From Camelus ferus (Eukaryota), in the NCBI RefSeq assembly GCF_009834535.1, contig NC_045696.1, positions 47,680,001-47,744,000 of the forward strand: a DNA stretch of 64,000 nt. The letters are read 5' to 3'. Below are positions 43,201 through 52,200 of the stretch, one piece after another (the first letter of the stretch is position 1; each line of letters starts with the position of its first letter). The notes below the pieces were generated by a model that worked only from the letters and a program-made list of their open reading frames with translations, had not been told where the DNA came from and searched no databases. A program made the position numbers and the translations under genes.

Positions 43201-46200
43201 TCCCTGGGGGAGGGAATAAAGAGAGACAGTGATGTGACCCCGGGATACCCCTATCAAACTGATCCACCCTTATGCCCTTCCACCCAAGCACTAATTCTAA
43301 AGTCAATCCAGGTCATTCTTATTAAATTCATCAGGCTCTCTTCCGAGGTGTTAATTCCCATAAGAGCCATTTTGCTCATGCTTCTTGGTGGCAGCAAATA
43401 TTTGCCTCTTGAAAATGCATTAGATTTTTGAAAGTAGCTATTTGGAATCAATTTTGATGATTAAGAGATATCATTAAATTACATAATATAATCTCTTGTT
43501 TAAAAAATTTTGAAGGTGTAACCAAAACTAACGAGACTAATTTTAATGCACAGTTTGTAATCTGGCTCTCAAAGTAATTTCAACATTTGGAAATATAAAT
43601 TCTAGCACATCTCTTTTTGGTAACAACTTTATTGAGAAATAGCTTACACACACCAAAAAAAAAAAAAACCCTGCACATGTTTAAAATGTAAAATTTGGTA
43701 TATTTTGACATATGTAAATACCTGTGGAATCATCACCACAATCAAGGCAGTGAACATAGCCATCACCCCAGGTGTTTCCCTGTGTCCCTTGTAGTCCCTC
43801 CTTTTTGCCCCTTCTATGCCCTGTCACCCTCACCCCCACCCCCAGGCAGCCACTGATTTACTGATCTATCCTTATAGATTCATTTCTAACACATTGATTA
43901 AGTTAACTGTGTTCGATGGTCACCTCTAACCCACATTTCAAAAGTTAATGTTCAATATAGTCTATAAATAAATATCTAAAAAGCACACTTAAGCTTTCTG
44001 AGTTTATCATTTCATGGCCATGTACCCACTTCTAATCCCTCTCCTCTCTTTAATTCACTTCCGGTCTACAAACACTTTGGATCTTTGCTACCATTTCACT
44101 TTCCCACTTCTCTCCACCTGGTCTTCTGGTCAGCTTCCCACAACTTCTGTGTCAGCATAGTCCTCTCCCCCTCTAGGTATACACTCCATCCAGCCCTCCC
44201 TCTGACTAAAGCTAACATTCCTCTGCTTTTCAACTTTCACTGAGTTCTCTGCATGATGCAGTAATTCTCAGCCTTGGCTGCACATTTAATCATCAGGAGA
44301 TATTCTGAATGAACTGGTCTTGGATGGGGTTCAGGAATAAAAGCTCCTCCCAATTATCCTCCCAATTATCCTAAGGTTGATCAGGACTGGGAATCACCTG
44401 ATCCAAGTCAGCCTGCATAGTTACAATTGATTTTACAGCCCTTGGTAACAGTTCTCATGTAAGGATCTTGCAGAAAGCAGGGCATTTCTTTGGTGAACAG
44501 GTGGGAAAGACTCAAAATTCCCAAGAGACATACACAGTGCTTAATTTTTCTATAAATCCCAGTTAGGGAATACAGATAACCACAGCCTCAAAATTTAGTC
44601 TTTCCCTACTACCCAACCTGAAGCTTGGCCATGTTTATTTTAATTCCTTAAAACTATGGATTTCAGCTCGATATCTAGTATCTGTTAAGTAGTTATGCCC
44701 AAAACAAACCACAGCATCTTCTCCTATATCAGACTGCCTCCTCTTTCTGGTGTTTCCTGTGTAATAATGGCATCACTCATTAGGCTTCAGCTGCCCAAGT
44801 CAAAGCCTCAGGATCAACTTACGGTGAAAAAGAATATGAAAACAAATATATATATATATATTCCTATATGACTGAAGTATTGGGCTGTACACCAGAAATT
44901 GACACATTCTAAACTGACTATACTTCAAAAAAATTTTCAAAATTAAAAAAAAATCTCAGGATCAAGTTCCCTACCCTCTTACCCAATGTACAGACATGTG
45001 TTCTCAATTCCACCTCCTAATGTCTCCCAAATTTAACCGCTTTCTCCATTCTTACAATACTGTCTTAGTTCAGGAAACCATCTCTCTTCTGGATGAAAGC
45101 AACAGCTCCCTAACTCCTTGTTCCCACTGAATCAGGGTGTGCAGATGGTCTGCAGCCACTCGTGTGTTTCACTGGTCTCCTGCTTATATCTCCAGCGTGG
45201 TTTCCCACTGCCCACAGGATGAAACCTAAACTGGCTAACAAATCTTGCTTGCCTTTCATGACCTGACTCTCCTACCTTTCTGTGATGATTAAACTTATGT
45301 GTCAACTTCACCAAGCCACAGTGCCCAGTTGTTTGGTCCAACACTAGTCGAGATGTTGTGATGAAAGTACTCGTGGATGTAATTAACATTTACAATCAGC
45401 TGACTCTGAGTAGATAATCTCCATAACGTGGGTCAGCCTCACCCAATCAGTTGCAGGCCATAAACACAAAGACTGAGATTCCCAAAGAAGCAGCAATTTT
45501 CTGCCTCAAGACTACAACACAGAAAACCCGCTTAAGCATCCAGGCTTGGCCTTCCCTAAAGATTTAGAACTCGAGAAAGCAACATCAGCTCTGGCCTGGA
45601 TTTGCAACCTGCCAGCTGCCCTACAGATTTTTGACTTGCCAGTCCCCACAATCATGTGAACCAACTCCTTCAAGTAATGCCCCCCACTCTCTTTCCCTCC
45701 TTCTCTCTCTCTAGCTAGAACTGTATCTATCCATCCATCCATTCATCCATCCATCCATCTCCTATTGGTTGTTTCTCTGAAGAACCCTGACTAATACACT
45801 CCCCAAGCTCATCTCTTGTCACCCCCTCCCCTGCCCATACTGCAACCTTCCACTTTCACACAAATAACCTCCTTGGACTAACCCTGAACATCTAGAACAT
45901 TTCTGCCATGCCACTAGTGTCCTATGTTCTCTCCAGATTCAAGTGATTACACATTCTGCCCCTCTCCCTTTACCATCCCTGATTATCCAGGATAAGGCCT
46001 ATTTTCCCTTTAGGTCTCTAAGTTCATAAAAGATTTTTTCCAGGAAGTCTTCCTAATCCTTCCACATCATCTGGTGCCCATAATGAATGTTTTCTTTGTA
46101 ATTTGTGTTCCCACTTTTCATAGTATATTCAAATACCTGTGCATGTGTCTATTTCTCTTTCAGACTAGTCGTTCTTACAGTTTTTGGAACTCGGCTGCCT

Positions 46201-49200
46201 CTGAGATATGATGAAAGCTAAGGGCCTTCTACCCATAATAGTGAAGATGCATACCATATTTTCCACAGACCCCTTCACTAGGATGCCAGTTCCTTAAAAG
46301 CAGGCACTGTGTCTACTCAGCACTTAGCCCAGTGTCTGCCACTTAGTAAGCACTAAAAAAATGTACTGAATACATATCTATGTTTATTAGAACTAATGCA
46401 CAAAGACAACTAAAACACCCATGGCTAAACATATTTAGCTTGAATTTTATAGCCCTCAAGTTACTTGGAAGAAAACTTAAGATTAGAAAGTAATTCAGAG
46501 GCCTCAGTAAATAATTTAAAAACTAGTCTGATGCTTCAATTAATTATGCATCCCAGATTAACAGGCACACATTAAGATACATAAAATAGATAAACAACAG
46601 GGACCTACTGTATAGCACAGGGAACTATACTCAATTTCTTGTAATAACGTACAATGGAAAACAATCTGAAAAGAATATATATATATGTATAACTGAATCA
46701 CTTTGTTGTATACCTGAAACTAACATTGTAAATCAACTACACTTCAATAAAAAAAAATTTATGTGTCCTCATACCAATTCTATCAGTGCATAAGCCCTGG
46801 CCCTAGTTTATTTATTTTTATTTTTTAAAGAAAAATCAGTTTGCTAGGTTGATAGGTTTATTGTGGTTTGCTGCAATAAAAAATTTTATAACATGAATAG
46901 GTAATTTAAAACCAGAAACTATAAGCTCAGTTTTTCACAAAACACAATAACCTAAATAAAGAAGTGCCACTTTCAACTCAAATTGCAAAGGTCCTTTTCC
47001 ATTTTTTGTGACAATGCCAAGTACTAAAGAAAGTGGGGTGAAGTGGGAGTAGAAAGGGAAGAAGAGTGTCATTTATTATGATTCCTTGGATCTCTCAAGA
47101 TGTCCACGTCTCTCTTCCTCATGAGCCAAAAGCACCCACCTGGCACAAGATCTCAAACACTTAGAAAAGTGAACTGAACTGAATTGCTTTTTTTACTGAT
47201 AAGGATTTACATCAGGGACCACATCCTCTCATCTGTGACCAACAGCCAATATTTACAGGACAGCTGACAGAACACGGGTTGGAGGTCAGTTTTTATACCA
47301 GAGGTGTGTCTCTAGGAAATGTTAACTGCAGGACTGGATCACAAAACCTAACTTCATCTGCATCATCTTCTAATGAAATGAACTAAAAAGTGCAATAAAT
47401 ACTTGATGACTGAAAATGAAGTCAGCAGAAGAAAACATACTTGGTTTGAATTTTATAGCTTTCAAGCATTCATACAGCATGTTCACTTACGCATTTTAGA
47501 ACTATGATAAGTTGGGAATGATGTATACTTAATTGTGAATAATCATTAAGTTAATATGCATTTTAAAATAAACCTGTTTTCTCATGGCAGCCAAACTGAC
47601 TGCTCCAAATCACTCTGACGCTTTCACAAAACCCTAGAAGATTCAATTTTGTAAATGAGTCCTCTAGCAAGTGAACAACTTCACAAAAGGAGTGTACTGT
47701 TCTCAACCTGGCTTCCCATAGGTTCCCTGTAATCACAAAGCACTTAGATTACATTAAAAATCTATAAAATATGTTTGATTTCATGAAATAAAATAAAAGC
47801 AAAATAACTACAGGCTTTTCCATTAGAAAAAGGAAGAAAGCAAATCTGCTCACCTGAAAACACATCAAGTCTTGCAGCCCCTGCATCTCTGAAACAATAT
47901 AAAAATATTATTGCTTCAGTATGAAATTATGTTTCTACAATTTACATTAATCTGAATTGTTCATGTGATGTATGATCTATTGTCAGACAACAATAGAGAA
48001 ATTCACTTAAATTGCTTCAAAAACAATTACTAAAATGTCTCACCCTGAATTCATAGACTAAGACCTATCATCACTATAATTTGAGAATGTTACAAAGCCT
48101 GGAACTCAGAAATTTAAAAGAAGAGATGGAATTTAGTGAAAGCTACACATAATGCCCAACAAAATGGATATATGAATATTGAACAAAACTGGTTGGAGAA
48201 TAATTCAGAAGTCACTTGAAGATTTTCATCATATATTATAGTACAAAAAATTATTAAGCAATGTGTATCATGTGATGAGCTTACTGGTACCTTTTCTTTT
48301 TTTCTTATTTTCTTAGTTTTCTACAATTCACAGATATTATTTGTGTATTTTCTTAAACTGTTTTCTAAAGTAAAAACTTTAGAAGGAAAGGAGAAATAGC
48401 CAGAAGATCCTGGTTTCCATGTGAAGGCTGAGAGAGAAACGAGTAAGACAGTGAGAAAAGAGGTCCAGCTGACGAGGAAGTGAGTACGCTGAGGGAAGGA
48501 GGAGTCTAAAAGGAAGCTCAGAAGTATAACCACCCATTGGACTCTGAGGGTGAAATATGAGACTCTTGTGAAATTTCCAATAGTCTCAACCCAAAACTAT
48601 CCCAAATAAATCTGAGTAGGTACACTGTACTTATTCTACAAGTCTAGATCCAAAGTTAGCCCCTTAGCTCCTTCCTCTTGCCAACTGCTGCTTCTAAGCA
48701 TCTCCTGCATAGAAATTCTGGAGTTACCATTGCCATTTCTTGAGCGTTTTCTGTGTCACAAGTAGATGCTGAATTTGTGTTTTTAAACCTTCCCTTCTAA
48801 TCCTTACCACAATCCCATGACACACAGGTATCACGCTCTCCATTGTATAAATATACATTGTACACAGTACCACATACACAATAGCTGCTCAATAAATGCT
48901 ACTATACTGAAAATCGAAGATTTTCCATAGAATCAGTTTCTTCATAGACAACTTCCATGGGATAAGACAGGAAACAGTCATTCACCTTTACAGTATTATA
49001 AGACATTTCATAATAAGTTTCATACCTGAGCCCAGGTACTTTCTCTCTGAACACCTGTTGTATTAGGAAGAGTCCCCTAACCATTCCTTTCTATCCCACC
49101 ACATTTTTCCTTCTCTCTCTACAACATTCTTTTAATACCTTTCAGTTCTAATTGTGATGCCTACCAGAGATCATCAAAATACTAAATATAATAATATAAA

Positions 49201-52200
49201 ATAAATTCTTAAAGTAACACAGGGACTTTATGAAGACTTCCAGAGACCAGCTGAGCATCTTGAGTAATTCTCGTCAACAGCTTCATTTGCTGTCAATTAC
49301 GAGCATCTAAGCAGCAGTGTCCCCTGAAGACAGACGAGCTGAGGAGTTCAGGTTGACTGTGGGGACACTGGGAATGAGAAAGACAGAGGCTGGTCCCAAG
49401 AGAGTACCTGCTATGCACCTGATCCCGCTGAGGAATGTGGCCTCAAGGTTGCTACTTCTAATCTTAAAAAAAAAAATGGGATGCAGGTATTTTAATTTGG
49501 CACCTCCTGTTTCTCAAACTTTATGAACGATTCCTTCTTTTCTTCTCACTCTTTATGAACACTCTACAAACTTTCACTATGAGTCAAACAAACTTGAGAA
49601 AGGCTGGACCTGGTCAGGGGGCTGCCAGTTTACAAATGCTGCTCTAAGAACTGCTTACTGATCGCATTTCTCTCACTCCCGAGTCTGAAGTCAGTGTTTC
49701 CTTACCAATCACCAATCCTCTTGTACTCCATCAACTATGCCTATTGTTCTATTTCTCATACATTCTGATTTTACCTGCCCTCCTCTGATAAATGAATGAG
49801 TGAAACAACTTCACAGGAGAAAAGACAGTTGGCAAAATAGACAAATGTGTTCTTTCACTGTTACAGATGTCAAGTTGCTGAAAATGGACATTTAGTAGGA
49901 CACAGGACTAATGGATACTGGAGGAGCCTTGCTTCAGAGCTTTGCGCAGAAACAAACAATAGAAACCCTGATATCCTGCAGACAGACTAACCATGAACAC
50001 TCATGTGCCGTGGCCCCATCCCTGTTAGTGCCTCCTAAGTTGAGTCCATTGCTCTTCTTAGCAACCAACTTGATTCTTTCCCTCCTCCCTTCCTTCCTGT
50101 GAGATCTGTGATCCCATCAGTTCTACAGGGTTTTGTATAAGGAGGAGCTAGTGACATTTTACTTGGTGTTGAGCATTGCTGTGCAGGAGGTTCTTGCTAG
50201 AGAGTTAAACGACTACACCCTGTAGTCACACTCAGTCACCTTCCTTCTAAGGCCAAAAGTGGGGGCAAAACATTGAAACACAGTCATCAATCAGTGGCAG
50301 GGAATTTAGATCTCCCCACAGAGATCCCTGATCCAACAACCACATACTACTTCCCAGGCAGACTTTGCTTTCTGCAGAAAAGGTAGACAAAATCTTCTGC
50401 TGTAGGAAAACACAAGCATAAAACAATCTAATGCCATATTCAGTGAGCCAAAAAACTGACTCCCTTGAAAACCCTCACAAACACACTATCGAGCAGGCCT
50501 TAAATTGTTAAAGAGGTTTCCTGAAACATTTATACCTTTGTTCGAGATAGTAAAATGGGGCAAGGGAGTTCTGTAGCCAGATAGCCTGAATTTGAATCTA
50601 GGTCTGTCCAATATTAACTGTGTGACCTTGAATAAATCATCCAACCTCTCTGTGCATCAATTTCTACATCTCTAGAATGGAAATAATGATTCCCAGCTCA
50701 AAGTACTTTTGTAAAGAAGAACGAGTTAATAACTGCATATGAAGTACTTAGAGCAGGGTCTGATACACAGTAGTTCAACACCAGTTAGCTCTTTTCTCCT
50801 TAACTATGCAATTTGCTTCAATGCAGACTTCAATAAATGCCCAACCCCAAATCTAAATTATCATATATAGTACATACTGATATTAAACTCAAAAAACATT
50901 CAAATGAATATTTGCCATTATATGGTTATTAACACAAAGACTGACAGATGTTCAATTTACCTGCACTTCTAGTCTGATCACAAATACAAACTGAATAAAG
51001 ATGAATGAGCCCTCCTCTCACTTGTTCTTTTTCCTATAAGATCTTGATTTTATAGGAAATCAGTTCACAAAGCATTCCAGCAGGTAGCGGGTGGGAAATG
51101 ACATCATCTTTTCATCTCTAAATATAACTAGATGTGATTAATGTCATAAAGTCCCTTTGTCCCTTTGAATTACTTCTGTTCACAGGTAAGTCTTACCTTG
51201 CATTGTCCAGCAATTCAGCCAGTGCTCCAAACAGAAAACTGTGAGTGGTGCTGATGAAGAAACAGAGGGAAAACCAAAGTTAAACCAACTCCGTAATCAA
51301 TATAAAAGGTTCAAGACACGTGCAGACAAATGTTCTCCAGCTCGAGACAGAGAACCAATTAGGGAGTTATTCTAGAAACAACCGTCTCAGCACGGTCAGG
51401 ATTCTGAAGTATGTGTGCTCCATCACAAAGCCAGGGCTAAGAACACTATTGCCAAAGTAGCCTGTCCACTCCTGAGAAAACAGACTTAGGGACCTTGCTG
51501 GACCTTAGAGCAAACTGTGACATTTAGTAATTGCTTTATAAGCATTTATTCAAGTTTTCTCACAGAATTTTTCATTAAAACTGTATTATTTAAGGCCAAA
51601 TTATTTCTGAAAAACCTTGATCAAAATCTTAGGCCCCCTAGGGAGGGAGAGTATAGCTCAGTGGTAGAGCACACGTTTAGTACGCATGAGGTCCTGGGTT
51701 CAATCTCCAGTACATCCTCTAAAAATAAATAAATAAACCGAATTACCTCCCCCTCCAGAAAAAAAAAAAAATGAAACAACAACAAAATCCTAGCTCCCTA
51801 AAAGACCCTAAGACTCCATCTGCAGGCAGTGACACTAGCGGGGCACTCCTGTTTCCACCACTAATCTGTACTCTTCTGTGGAATCTGTTCACTTTGTAAA
51901 AGCCTGCTGCTTAAATAATCTTATAGATTACATGGTTCTCCCCTGAACCCCTGGTGCCAGGTCCTGGGTAATGGAACCCACTAGATAGTCATCATTATCT
52001 ACACTTTGAAGGCTGAATGGTCACCTATAGGTGGAATCAAGCCGCTCTTAGGGTCCCACACTTGCTTTTCATTTCCTGATGTGGATATTTTGATCAGCAA
52101 CCTTCTCACAGCAGTAAGGGAAGGTTCAGGACACAATTTTCATCGTATATTTAGGTACAAATATTAACAGGTAGCAGAAGCAAGAGAGACCCATTTATCA

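Noticed and set aside
51641..51720. tRNA-like sequence with A and B boxes
   Set aside because: There is no proper acceptor or anticodon stem pairing. It has an A-rich tail, a TSD and a second copy at 24600, so it is a SINE, not a tRNA gene.
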